DNA from: an uncultured Collinsella sp.
GTDB lineage: Bacteria; Actinomycetota; Coriobacteriia; Coriobacteriales; Coriobacteriaceae
Length of the DNA: 64,000 nt
Assembly (NCBI GenBank): GCA_905198355.1
Contig: CAJKCG010000001.1
Span: forward strand, 52,347 to 116,346
Reading direction: 5' to 3'
Shown one piece after another: positions 46,572-56,144 of the stretch. The position numbers were made by a program, and so were the translations under genes. Numbering within the stretch: position 1 is the first letter of the stretch; each line of letters starts with the position of its first letter. The notes beneath the pieces were generated by a model. The model saw nothing but the letters and a program-made list of their open reading frames with translations. It searched no databases and had not been told where the DNA came from.

Positions 46572-47246
46572 TTAGACGACAGCCTTCTTTCTTATTTCTT
46601 TTAGTAAGCCTTTTTTAAACGCAGTACTACCACCAAAAAACTTCTGGTCAGTATTAGTCTGCTTATTCGCCTGATATTTCAGACTCGTGAACTCAATGGT
46701 ACAGATATAGTCCACAGCCTGAGCCAAATAGTAATCCGATGAAGTTGTTGGCTTATAGATAACTGCATTTTTAGCCAAAGCGTAATCGATTGCCTTGTGA
46801 AGCGCGCTCGAAACCGAACCCTGTCCTCCGTCGTAGTAAATCTTCACAGCATCAAACTGCTGAAACCAACTCAAATTATCGAATATGAAATCGATGATTT
46901 CACGCCGCATCGCATCAGCGATCTGTTTGAGAGTTCGATACCGATGCGTCTTGAATACAAACACCTTGTACGAGATGGGCAAATGTCGAAACATAACTCG
47001 AAATAGTGAAAACAGCCTTTTTCTCTCACTGATGTCCAAGTCCTTGAACTGATCTTTTCCATTCATGAGAGGAGAAGCATGGAACGGAAGGAGCGGCAAT
47101 CCGCTATCGGCTACCGCCCTTTCATATTTCTCTATTCCCTCAGCGATGGGAATATTTTGTTCATGAAAAACAAAGGCCACAAGATAGTATCTTTCACGAA
47201 GATCATCGCTTCCAGATTCATCAATAAAGATACTCAGCTCTCGCAT
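46572..47246 (-). CDS. DUF3800-family protein
   Basis: 224 aa from ATG with AAGGA RBS; N-terminal LSIFIDESGS motif. The gene and its flanks are markedly AT-rich versus the genome. Confidence 0.6.
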   Translation of the reverse strand: MRELSIFIDESGSDDLRERYYLVAFVFHEQNIPIAEGIEKYERAVADSGLPLLPFHASPLMNGKDQFKDLDISERKRLFSLFRVMFRHLPISYKVFVFKTHRYRTLKQIADAMRREIIDFIFDNLSWFQQFDAVKIYYDGGQGSVSSALHKAIDYALAKNAVIYKPTTSSDYYLAQAVDYICTIEFTSLKYQANKQTNTDQKFFGGSTAFKKGLLKEIRKKAVV

Positions 47247-47261
47247 GGGCAATCCTTAATA

Positions 47262-47290
47262 AAAAAGCCGGGGAAAACGTCCCCGGCACT
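47262..47290 (-). terminator. rho-independent terminator closing the BREX operon
   Basis: Minus strand GCCGGGGACGTTTTCCCCGGC followed by TTTTTTATTA. Confidence 0.6.
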
Positions 47291-47401
47291 TGGAAGCCCT
47301 CTCTTAAGAGATGACCACCTAATTTATACCATGAAGTTGGACGTATATTCAAGCATGAGTATAAAATACAAACATATGTTCGTCAATAGCAAAGGTGGCC
47401 A

Positions 47402-47599
47402 TCATTCAGCGTCGTCATCGGCGGCAAAGTCGCGGAGGTCGAGGCCTTCGCGTTCGGCTCGGGCTAGGAGCTCTTGAGGTGACTCGTCCTCGATATCCAT
47501 CACGTCGAGCATAGCGGCCGGAAAACCCACGCCTGCCGCACTCCCCGCGCGGTCGAGCAGGCTCTCGCGCAACTGGTCTACATCAACTTCGATTTTCAT
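47402..47599 (-). CDS. small acidic protein (65 aa), BREX-linked, unknown function
   Basis: GC-rich ORF with BREX-like codon usage, 28 bp downstream of the 450-aa gene. Confidence 0.4.
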   Translation of the reverse strand: MKIEVDVDQLRESLLDRAGSAAGVGFPAAMLDVMDIEDESPQELLARAEREGLDLRDFAADDDAE

Positions 47600-47626
47600 G
47601 GTGAAACCTCCTACCGGGCCAGGGCC

Positions 47627-48979
47627 TTACTCACCAGCACTGAGCTCATCCACGGCAGCAACAAAAGCAGCCACCTGGTTGTCGTCCATCTGCGCGGCCA
47701 GGCGCCCCACGGGCTCGTCGTAGGCAAACTGTACTTTATCGATAAAGCAATCCCAGGCACGCTCATCCACACGCACGGCGGCCTCGCAATACTGGCTGAG
47801 CTTTTTGAGTCCATACCAAAACGCATTCACATGGCGCGCAGGATCCTCATCCAGCACCCCATCGTAGCGCCGACCGTTAAACTCACGCATGCGCGCCACG
47901 GCAACCTCGAGCGAGTCGCCGCCGTCGGCCGAAGCCTCGTCCACAAGCTCGGGAATCGCAACCTCGCGCCGGACATTGTGCCTGGTAGCACCGTCGTACT
48001 CGCCCACCAACACGTCTTCGTCAAACCGATCATCGTAGTCGAAATAACTGCTGCCCCGGCAAATCCCATGCAGCGAACCGGTGCCAAAGGCACGGAACAA
48101 CCCGCCATCGGCAACAACGCACCTATAAGTCTCAAACGACTTCTTAACCTGAGCGAGCAACTCGGAAAGCTCTCCGGCATCGCACCCCGTCTCGCACGCG
48201 ACGCAAGCAGACTTCGGCAACGATACCGGCTCCACCGTGCTCCCTGCAACGCGGGCAGCGCGCTCGGCCCGATACGCTTGGGCTGCCAAGCGCGCTCGCT
48301 GCGCAGCACCGCGCACATTAGTAAGCTCGCGCTCCAGCGCCACATCGCCAGCCACATCGCTCGCAAACGCGTCAGCACCCTGCGGGCCGGTCGCACTCAG
48401 CTCGGACTCAAACGTCGCCGTGATCATGCCGGCAAGGTCCGTTGCGTCGGCGGCACAACGCAGCTGCTCCAACTGCGTGCACAGCAGATCGGCATCCAGG
48501 GGCACCGCATCCACAACGCACACGTCACTCAGACGCACCGCGCCCTGCAGCACCAAAGCCCCCGCAGCATCGTACGCCGCACGAACCCTGTCCGCCGTAT
48601 TGGCACGCAGCTTTACCTCGATAAACGCAAGCGTCTGCTCCAAGCGGGCCAACAGCTCGGCCTTGTCCTCCATACGCAAAAAGGCAGCGTAGCGCCGCTC
48701 CATCTGCAACGGGCCCACAACGCCCATCTGCTTGCGAGCCCGCGCAAGCGACTCGGCTTCAACGCGGCGCACATACCCGTCAACGGCCTGCACGGCAGAC
48801 TCACGCGCAGCACGCTCGGCAGACTCGACGCCCTCGATCACGGCCAGCAGCTCGCGGGAGCGCGCCTTGCGCACCAACTCCCCGCGGTCGTACTGCTCAA
48901 GCGCCGCCTGACGCTTGGCTACCGACTCAAAGCCAAACAGCTCGTCGAGCAGCTCGCCAACAGAACGTTCTTCCGCCAT
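47627..48979 (-). CDS. 450-aa protein of unknown function, immediately downstream of brxL
   Basis: Long GC-rich ORF, co-oriented, 94 bp after brxL. No motif I can assign; CVACETGC and CRGSSYFDYDD segments. Confidence 0.5.
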   Translation of the reverse strand: MAEERSVGELLDELFGFESVAKRQAALEQYDRGELVRKARSRELLAVIEGVESAERAARESAVQAVDGYVRRVEAESLARARKQMGVVGPLQMERRYAAFLRMEDKAELLARLEQTLAFIEVKLRANTADRVRAAYDAAGALVLQGAVRLSDVCVVDAVPLDADLLCTQLEQLRCAADATDLAGMITATFESELSATGPQGADAFASDVAGDVALERELTNVRGAAQRARLAAQAYRAERAARVAGSTVEPVSLPKSACVACETGCDAGELSELLAQVKKSFETYRCVVADGGLFRAFGTGSLHGICRGSSYFDYDDRFDEDVLVGEYDGATRHNVRREVAIPELVDEASADGGDSLEVAVARMREFNGRRYDGVLDEDPARHVNAFWYGLKKLSQYCEAAVRVDERAWDCFIDKVQFAYDEPVGRLAAQMDDNQVAAFVAAVDELSAGE

Positions 48980-49072
48980 GGCAAGGCCTCCTCACGCGCA
49001 GCGCGCCACCATGCTCGCGGGCTCATGTGCGCATCAAACGCCTCGCGCACGCAAGCCCGCACGCTCGCATCC

Positions 49073-51445
49073 CTATAGATCCAACGCCTTCTTCGCGGCA
49101 TCGACCGGGTCGCCATCCATGTAGAACACCGGGCTCAACCCCGAGATAATCTCGGAGGAAACGCTCTGCAGGCCCGCGATGGCGCTCAGCGGCAATATCA
49201 CGCGCTTGGCGCCGGCGTTTTTGGCCACGCGCATGATGTCCTCGAGCCCGCGGATCTCATCCATAGATCCCGACATGCGCAAGATTCCCGGAACCGCCAG
49301 CGCGGACATCACCGGGCGGTTGCACGCCGCGGAGCACAGGCCCACAAACTCGGCAAGCGAGACTTCTTCGGACAGACCCTTGCTCTGCAGGTCGTTATAG
49401 AACAGCAGGTAGTCCTTTGAACCAATGTGCATGCCCGGCGCCACACGGTTCGCCAGGTTCACAAAGTTGTCGAACGCGGCCTCCAGCGTATCGCGCACCG
49501 GCTTGTTAAAGGCAACGCCCTCGTGCTTAAACTTGCACTCGCCGGCGACAGCCTTGTTCTCCAGCTTGTACACGGCAACCTCGCCGCCCTGCGATCTGCC
49601 CACGCCAAACACATGGCCGGACAACAGCGGCCCGTCGGGAATCAGCGTGTCCTCGCTCTGCTCGGGCACGCGCACCACGTGCACGTCCTGCGGGTTGTCG
49701 GCATCCATATAGCCCAGGTTAACGTCGATAAACTCAACGCCCGCCATAATCTTGAGCTGCTCCTTTACGCGGCGACGGCCCTCGATGGCGTAGTCCAGCA
49801 ACCAGCGCACGTCGTCCTTGTCCATGGCCTCGTCGGGGAACAGCAGCTTGGCCAGGCCGCTAAAGGTCTTGCGCACGGCGATCTCGTCACGCTTGTTAAA
49901 GTCGCTGTTAAAGCGGAAATACCGGTCGATATGGTGCGTAAAGTCCTTGCGGCGCATCTCCTTGCAAAACTCCGACAGGCAGTCGGTAATCAGGCCGTAA
50001 TGCCCGGTCAGCAGGCTCGAGCGCATCTTGGGAATCTCCCAGCCCGGCAGGTAGTAATGGATGCGGTCGAAGAAGGCCGAATCGTTGTTAAACTCCGGCG
50101 GAAACGGATCAAACAGGTGCGTGGTCTTAAGGACATTTTGCACGGTGTCGTTGATGTTGCCCTCAAAGACCATGGAGGCATCGGCGTTAATCTGGTCGCG
50201 GCCGCGCGCGTAGCTGCCACTCGCCATGTAGTCCTTCATGATCTGCACGGCGTTGGTGTCCTTAAAGCGCATGCCGGCGACCTCGTCGAACGTCACGCAG
50301 TCCCAGTGGCCCACCAAGCCCACGCGATCGGCGCGCATGGAGTTCATACGGCCGAACAGGTTGGCCGTGGTGGTCTGGCCGCCCGAAAGCAAGATGGCAT
50401 AGGGCGAGACCTCTTTGTAGATATGGCTCTTGCCGGTGCCACGGGGACCCAACTCGCACAGATTGTAATTGCGCTCGATCAGCGGCACCATGCGCTCGAT
50501 AAAGTGCAGGCGCTCCTTCTCCGAAAGCTCGCTGGGCTCATAGCCGGCAGAGCGCAGCAGCATGTTGAGCCACTCGTCGCGCGAGAAATACTGGCGCTCG
50601 TCGATCATGGCCTCCAGGTCCAGGTTGGGCATCTGGATGGGCGTGAGCGACGCCACGCTAAACGGAGAGTCCTCGGGTCCGCGCTTTTTGCGTTTGGCCT
50701 TGGAACGGCGCGGCGCATCGTCGCCAAAGACCTCCATGCCAAACTCGTCTTCCTCTTCCATGGGATGACGATACTCGATGCTCATGATGCACCAAATGCC
50801 GCCCTGCAGAATCTTGGAGTAGTCGCGCACGTACTCGGCCGGCATCACAAACGGCTCAATGGTCAGATTGGCAAACGACGCCACGTAGATGTCTTTGTAT
50901 TCGTCGAGCTTGGCCGTCACCTTATCGATAATGGTAAAGCGACCCAGCTCGCGAATCTTGGACTTGATGCGCTCGGACTCGTCGGGACGCACGTAGTTAT
51001 CGGTGAGGATCTTGCGGATGCGCTCCAGGCCCTCTGCCACGGCATCCTCGTCATCGGTTGAGCAGTACATGCCCAGCAGGTACTCCAGCACAAAGGTGGG
51101 CACGTTGGCGCCACGCTTCATAAGGGCCGTAAGGTCCTTGCGCACGATCTTGCCGCCAAAGTGCTCGAGCAGCTTACCGTCCAGTCCATCCATGTCGTAA
51201 CCGTCATCCTCGGGAGCGTCGGCCACGGCCTGGGCATAGCCATCGGTCGAGGACTCGTCCTCGGCGGGCGCCGCAACCTCATCGGGCGCAGCGGCCGCCA
51301 CCGGCTCCGGAACAGGCGCGGCGGCCACGGCCTCCGGGGCAGGCACAGCCTCCACCGCAGGCACCGCGGCCTCCACCGGCGCACTCACATCAATCGAGGG
51401 AACTTCCCACAGATCGTCGTCATGGCTATCAAACATAGGGCACAC
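49073..51445 (-). CDS. brxL: BREX Lon-like protease BrxL
   Basis: 790 aa; central ATPase GPRGTGKSH Walker A; C-terminal Lon-protease-like domain. Confidence 0.8.
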   Translation of the reverse strand: MCPMFDSHDDDLWEVPSIDVSAPVEAAVPAVEAVPAPEAVAAAPVPEPVAAAAPDEVAAPAEDESSTDGYAQAVADAPEDDGYDMDGLDGKLLEHFGGKIVRKDLTALMKRGANVPTFVLEYLLGMYCSTDDEDAVAEGLERIRKILTDNYVRPDESERIKSKIRELGRFTIIDKVTAKLDEYKDIYVASFANLTIEPFVMPAEYVRDYSKILQGGIWCIMSIEYRHPMEEEDEFGMEVFGDDAPRRSKAKRKKRGPEDSPFSVASLTPIQMPNLDLEAMIDERQYFSRDEWLNMLLRSAGYEPSELSEKERLHFIERMVPLIERNYNLCELGPRGTGKSHIYKEVSPYAILLSGGQTTTANLFGRMNSMRADRVGLVGHWDCVTFDEVAGMRFKDTNAVQIMKDYMASGSYARGRDQINADASMVFEGNINDTVQNVLKTTHLFDPFPPEFNNDSAFFDRIHYYLPGWEIPKMRSSLLTGHYGLITDCLSEFCKEMRRKDFTHHIDRYFRFNSDFNKRDEIAVRKTFSGLAKLLFPDEAMDKDDVRWLLDYAIEGRRRVKEQLKIMAGVEFIDVNLGYMDADNPQDVHVVRVPEQSEDTLIPDGPLLSGHVFGVGRSQGGEVAVYKLENKAVAGECKFKHEGVAFNKPVRDTLEAAFDNFVNLANRVAPGMHIGSKDYLLFYNDLQSKGLSEEVSLAEFVGLCSAACNRPVMSALAVPGILRMSGSMDEIRGLEDIMRVAKNAGAKRVILPLSAIAGLQSVSSEIISGLSPVFYMDGDPVDAAKKALDL

Positions 51446-51447
51446 TC

Positions 51448-54156
51448 CTAAAAACCAAAGTCAGCAACAGGGGCAAACGAAACAGCGATGGTGTACGTCT
51501 CGCGCCAAACGATCTTGCCCGTCTCGCGCTCGCGGCAGACCAGATAGTACGGACCCTTGGCCGAGAATCCATCCGCTGCATGCAACGCAAACTTGGCATG
51601 CACCACGCGCTCCTGCGAGTTAACAGAAGTCTTGCTGGCATGCGCCTTGACCGTATCGCTCACCTCGTTGCCACTTGCATCGGTAAACACCAGCTCGTAC
51701 TCGCACGGCAAGACCTTACCTTGGGCAGGCTCTTCCTGGATCAAGTTGACCGAGAAGAGCGAGTTGGTCACTCGGCGTCCCTCGCTTAGCACGCGCAGCG
51801 TCGCCGCGCGCGTGTCGACAAAGTCCTTGGAACCCGAGCGCGCACGCCAAAAACCGATAACGGGCACGCAGAGCTCCTGCAGGCTCATGCCGCCGTGGAC
51901 GTAGTTGTTAGTGCCGCCGGGACGCTTGAAGTGCACGTTCTCGCGCGGGGCAAACCCCTCAAAACCGGCGCCCAAACGTCCCATGTTAACATTAACAAAC
52001 ACCCCGCATGCCTCTTCCGAAAGCTTGGCCACGGCCTCGTTGGGTACCACCAGATGACGCTTGCCGTGCATGACAGGAGCGTCAAGGAAGGGAAGGTCTG
52101 GCTTGCCGAGCATCTGGCACTCGCTGAGCTCCCGACGCGTGTAGATAAAGCCGTGGTCCGCCGTTATAACAACACGGGCGCCCGGGGCGTCGGTGCACAC
52201 GCGACGCGCCAACGCAGCAAGTTCCTCCACGGTGTCCGCACAGGCATCGAAGACGTCATCCTGCGTAGCGGCCTTCTCGCCCGTAGCATCGATCTTGTTG
52301 TGGTAGAGATAAACGAGCTTGGAGTCCTTGAGCAGCGCCTTGCGCTCGGTTCCCGCCATGTTGAGGTATGCGCTCGAGCGCAAAGCGCGGCCCGTAGACT
52401 CAACGTTGGCAAGCACGGCCTCGCGCTGCGGAGTCGTCGAAGTGGGCATGCCGTCAGCCAGCACGTACGTGCCATCCGCTGCAAGCCCAAGCGCCTGGTG
52501 CGGCAGCAGCGCGGGCATACCCACCTCGGTAATGGAGGGAAAGACCGCCTGCATGCTAGAGACCTTGACGTTGCCGCCGCGCTCGCGCTCGAGCAGCGCC
52601 GCAACGTCGCGGGCCACCTCATAGCGCAGCGCGTCGCTCACGATAACGACCGTCGTTTTGGTAGAGCCCACAAAGGTGGGCAGTACATGCCAGTAGAATT
52701 CATCCTGCCGTGCGGGACCCTCGATGTAGCCGCAATCGGCCCACTCCCCTTGCGCAGCGGTCGCCCAGCATGCATTAGCATCGGCCAAGAACCAGTTACT
52801 GTAAAGATTCTCCGCCCAGTCCACCACAGCTCGGGCAGGCTCCTCGAGCACATCGCACTCGACGGAACGCGCCCGCAGATACGCGGTGCACACATGGCGA
52901 TAGGCAGCGTCCATGGCATACCAATCGGACGTGTAGGCATCCCACACCTGCTGGGGCTGCGCCAGATGGAACCCGCCCGCATGCGCCTGCCTAAACGCAC
53001 ACATATCGGCCACAGCGACAAGCAGGTCAAAGTAGCTCTTGACACGGCGGTACCAGCTCAGGTCGCAGCGACGCGACGCAAAAGTGCGCGCGTCCTCAAC
53101 ACGGTCCGCACCCTGAGCAAACGAGCTGAACAGCTGCGAGAGCACGGCCTCATTGACGCACGGGAACACATCAAGCGAGGCTAGCACATCGATCGGCAGA
53201 GCCTCAAACCGCGCAAAGAGCCCGCGAGCATCCTCCACCAAACGGCAGATCTCAAATAAATCCTCGCTCGACGCCTGAGCATCAGCAGTCTGGTCCCACG
53301 TACGCACTGCCTCAAGGCAATAGGGTCCGTAGGCGGGAGCCACATAGCTTTCGAGTCCCTTGAGCGCTCCCTCGGGAAGCGCGGTGGATGACGCCGTGAT
53401 GAGCATATGGGATGCCAGCGCAAGCAGCGAATCACGCTCATACAGCGGCCCCTCAAACCCATAGCAACGTACAATGAAGGCAGAGAGGACATCGCGCACG
53501 CAGTACTTGTCCACCAACTCGGCCAGCGCTTCGGGGCCCTCGTGCAGCAGCGTGGTCATACAGCCGCGCAGCACAAACGCGGGGCGCGCGTCGCCAAGCT
53601 CTTTACCGCCAAAAATCACCGTAAGGGTGCCGAGTTCGATATCGGATGCGCCCGAGGCATGCGGAACACACGCGGCAAACTTAGCGCAACGGGTCTTGGC
53701 ATCAAAGAACGTCTTGTGCTCGCGCAGGCTCTCGCGCACGGCGTCGATATTCTCGATGCCCAGCTGATCGGCCAAAAGCGAAAGATAGTCAGCCTGGAAC
53801 TGATCTGCATACAGCTCAACATCGGCAAGCCAATCACCCTCAAGCCTGCCGCGCGGGCAACGGCGATACAGCAAGATATCGCTCGCAAGGTCATCGCGGT
53901 TGATGAGCTTCTTAACGGCAAACATGTGGCCCTCGCAGGCCTCAACAAAGCGCACTGGGCGCTCAAAGTCACCGTGAGCGGGCATAACGCCGTCATCGGC
54001 CCCCGCGCCGTCGAAACCCTCGGCAGCCAATCGCTCAAACTCAGGAGCAAACTCGCCGTCCGCATCGTGCCAAATCACCACACGGCGCAGCATACATGCG
54101 GGCAACGGCTGCAAAAAACGCAGCTTGAGCTGTTCTTCTACATCGATCTTGGGCAT
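51448..54156 (-). CDS. pglZ: BREX alkaline-phosphatase-superfamily protein PglZ
   Basis: 902 aa; TVVIVSDALRYE PglZ-domain signature. Confidence 0.8.
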   Translation of the reverse strand: MPKIDVEEQLKLRFLQPLPACMLRRVVIWHDADGEFAPEFERLAAEGFDGAGADDGVMPAHGDFERPVRFVEACEGHMFAVKKLINRDDLASDILLYRRCPRGRLEGDWLADVELYADQFQADYLSLLADQLGIENIDAVRESLREHKTFFDAKTRCAKFAACVPHASGASDIELGTLTVIFGGKELGDARPAFVLRGCMTTLLHEGPEALAELVDKYCVRDVLSAFIVRCYGFEGPLYERDSLLALASHMLITASSTALPEGALKGLESYVAPAYGPYCLEAVRTWDQTADAQASSEDLFEICRLVEDARGLFARFEALPIDVLASLDVFPCVNEAVLSQLFSSFAQGADRVEDARTFASRRCDLSWYRRVKSYFDLLVAVADMCAFRQAHAGGFHLAQPQQVWDAYTSDWYAMDAAYRHVCTAYLRARSVECDVLEEPARAVVDWAENLYSNWFLADANACWATAAQGEWADCGYIEGPARQDEFYWHVLPTFVGSTKTTVVIVSDALRYEVARDVAALLERERGGNVKVSSMQAVFPSITEVGMPALLPHQALGLAADGTYVLADGMPTSTTPQREAVLANVESTGRALRSSAYLNMAGTERKALLKDSKLVYLYHNKIDATGEKAATQDDVFDACADTVEELAALARRVCTDAPGARVVITADHGFIYTRRELSECQMLGKPDLPFLDAPVMHGKRHLVVPNEAVAKLSEEACGVFVNVNMGRLGAGFEGFAPRENVHFKRPGGTNNYVHGGMSLQELCVPVIGFWRARSGSKDFVDTRAATLRVLSEGRRVTNSLFSVNLIQEEPAQGKVLPCEYELVFTDASGNEVSDTVKAHASKTSVNSQERVVHAKFALHAADGFSAKGPYYLVCRERETGKIVWRETYTIAVSFAPVADFGF

Positions 54157-54179
54157 GAATATCCTTACCGTATTTGCAG

Positions 54180-55148
54180 TTACTTAATCTTTGCCAGCAC
54201 ATCCTGAAACTTGGCGTAGTTGACCTTGACGCCGTCATCCAGGTCGATCTTGATCATCTGGTCTGCCAAGTGGTGAAGTTTCTCTTCATAGACAATGGTC
54301 TCTTTGAGCTGGTCGTTGAGCTTTTTGACGCGCTTATCCAAACGCACGCGCTCGCCGCGCTCGGCACTGGCAAGGGCATCGTTGGCATAGCCGATCTGGG
54401 CACGGTAGCGCTCCTGCTGCTCATGCACATAGTCGGTGCGGATGCGAGCCAACAGGTCGGGCTGATAGCGATGCATGTAAACAAGGCACTTGAAGCCATT
54501 CTTCTTGCCACTGTCGAACAGCCAGTAGATGGGGCGCTTCTTATAGGTCTGACAGTGGTCCTTAAAGAAATCCTTTAGGAAATAGGCACGAATCACCTCG
54601 CGCGAGGTACCCTTGCCGCCGAGCGCCTCGGCACTAAAGGCCAGGTTCTGCTCGAGCGTCTCCTCGCCATACACAGTGCGCACAAAGTCGATAAAGTAAC
54701 GCACGATGTCGTCATCAAAGTACTCGTCGTCGGTAATCGGCAGCACGTTGTCGCTATCGGGCATAAAGGCCACATGCGCCGGGTCGGGCATCTTGGCCAG
54801 ATAGTCGTTGACCGTGGCACCCTGATCGGCCAAGACCAGACCGTCCACGTCCAGCGAATAGCGGCCAAACATGCAGCCCACGGCATAGCTTATGAGCGAG
54901 GTGATCTCGTCGCGCTTAGTGCGCACGTATTTGTTGCCCTTATAGCTCTCGGGAATCTCGTCGGCGGTGTCGAAGATGCGCGCCACCGAGACGTACTTAT
55001 CCTCGACCTCGATGGGCACCTCCCCCTCCATGTTGTAGATCTTGGCAAAGATTCGGTTGAGCTCCTCCTCGTTAGCGCGAAGCTGCTCAAAGCGAGCATT
55101 AACCTCGGCCTTGCGGGCCTCGTATTTATCTTGAAGCAAAGTGGCCAT
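54180..55148 (-). CDS. pglX: PglX C-terminal fragment (last ~320 aa of the BREX methyltransferase)
   Basis: ...RPIYWLFDSGKKNGFKCLVYMHRYQPD... C-terminal PglX signature. Only 6 sense codons lie upstream before a stop. Own RBS GAAAGG. Confidence 0.65.
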   Translation of the reverse strand: MATLLQDKYEARKAEVNARFEQLRANEEELNRIFAKIYNMEGEVPIEVEDKYVSVARIFDTADEIPESYKGNKYVRTKRDEITSLISYAVGCMFGRYSLDVDGLVLADQGATVNDYLAKMPDPAHVAFMPDSDNVLPITDDEYFDDDIVRYFIDFVRTVYGEETLEQNLAFSAEALGGKGTSREVIRAYFLKDFFKDHCQTYKKRPIYWLFDSGKKNGFKCLVYMHRYQPDLLARIRTDYVHEQQERYRAQIGYANDALASAERGERVRLDKRVKKLNDQLKETIVYEEKLHHLADQMIKIDLDDGVKVNYAKFQDVLAKIK

Positions 55149-55324
55149 AACTACAGACCTTTCAATTTATCAATACAGTAGAAGTTAGAAAACCCGAGCC
55201 CATTCCATCAATCAATTAACACCAAGACTCGTGAGCTGAAAAACAGCGAAAGCCTTCCGATGCTCGACCGATATCTTCAGGACAAGTCTGGCTATCAATA
55301 AATCCCATAAGTGAGAGACGACAA

Positions 55325-55915
55325 CTACAATAAAGTCAATAAAAGATGGGACAGAAAAACGAATGCCATGATTAACGACAGAACAGTCAGGCCAGTTGAT
55401 ATTTTCAATCGCTTCCACATGTTGTTATGTTTCAAAAGGTAAGCCCGATAGGTAATGTTTAGGGAAGAGCAGTAGGACTTAAGCAAGTCCCGTTCCCTAA
55501 TTTGCCCGCCCTCGTCGCAAGCCTCTTTGTAAGTAGTCGAATACCTATCAAATTGTTCAGAAGGAGATGCGAGTGCAATATTGCTCCTTAAAAATATTGC
55601 ACTGACAGCTATAACAAGAGCACAGCCAAGAAGACCAAGAAGAATCAAATAGACAAACAGTATTTGCCTCGTTGAAATCCCATAAACTTCCTCAAGACCT
55701 TGAATATTTGAAATATAGTCGAGAGGTGCCAGGTACGCAACGGACAGAATCGTGATGGTAACCATAAGGTTATCAACGTAGCGATTTAAGCTATCCCCCC
55801 TCTCTTTTTCAAATTCAAGTGAGGAAAGAACAATGTCTCTCAAGTAATCGCTAATCTGCCCCTCCTTGGAGAGAGCGCTTTTATCGACGTCATGTCGCTT
55901 GTTCTTTTTGCCCAT
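55325..55915 (-). CDS. 3-TM membrane protein encoded in the AT-rich insertion within pglX (candidate abortive-infection-type effector)
   Basis: 196 aa from ATG with AAAGGTGA RBS; TM helices at ~55-70, ~95-118 and the C-terminus; region ~37% GC. Confidence 0.5.
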   Translation of the reverse strand: MGKKNKRHDVDKSALSKEGQISDYLRDIVLSSLEFEKERGDSLNRYVDNLMVTITILSVAYLAPLDYISNIQGLEEVYGISTRQILFVYLILLGLLGCALVIAVSAIFLRSNIALASPSEQFDRYSTTYKEACDEGGQIRERDLLKSYCSSLNITYRAYLLKHNNMWKRLKISTGLTVLSLIMAFVFLSHLLLTLL

Positions 55916-55926
55916 GAAAGTCACCT

Positions 55927-56076
55927 TTACTACTTGGTTTTTCGATCAGGTAAACCCGCCGGTTTTTCATAAGTAAATTGCGTTAACCTTGTTATGGGTC
56001 CAGGAATCGTGACCGGCTTCTTTGCTCCCGCCCCTTCATCTTTTCTTTTCTTGTCATCTTTCTTTTTTTCAGACAT
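55927..56076 (-). CDS. Lys-rich 49-aa peptide (manual call, low confidence)
   Basis: MSEKKKDDKKRKDEGAGAKKPVTIPGP...; first ORF after the PglX N-fragment stop, inside the AT-rich insertion; weak RBS. Confidence 0.25.
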
Positions 56077-56144
56077 ATTTAATTTCAATCCAATCTATCC
56101 AATGACGTTCTTTTGTTAAAGATAGGTGAGTCCTAACAAGACAG

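Noticed and set aside
49427-53184. 544-aa and 429-aa plus-strand ORFs
   Set aside because: They are antisense to brxL and pglZ.
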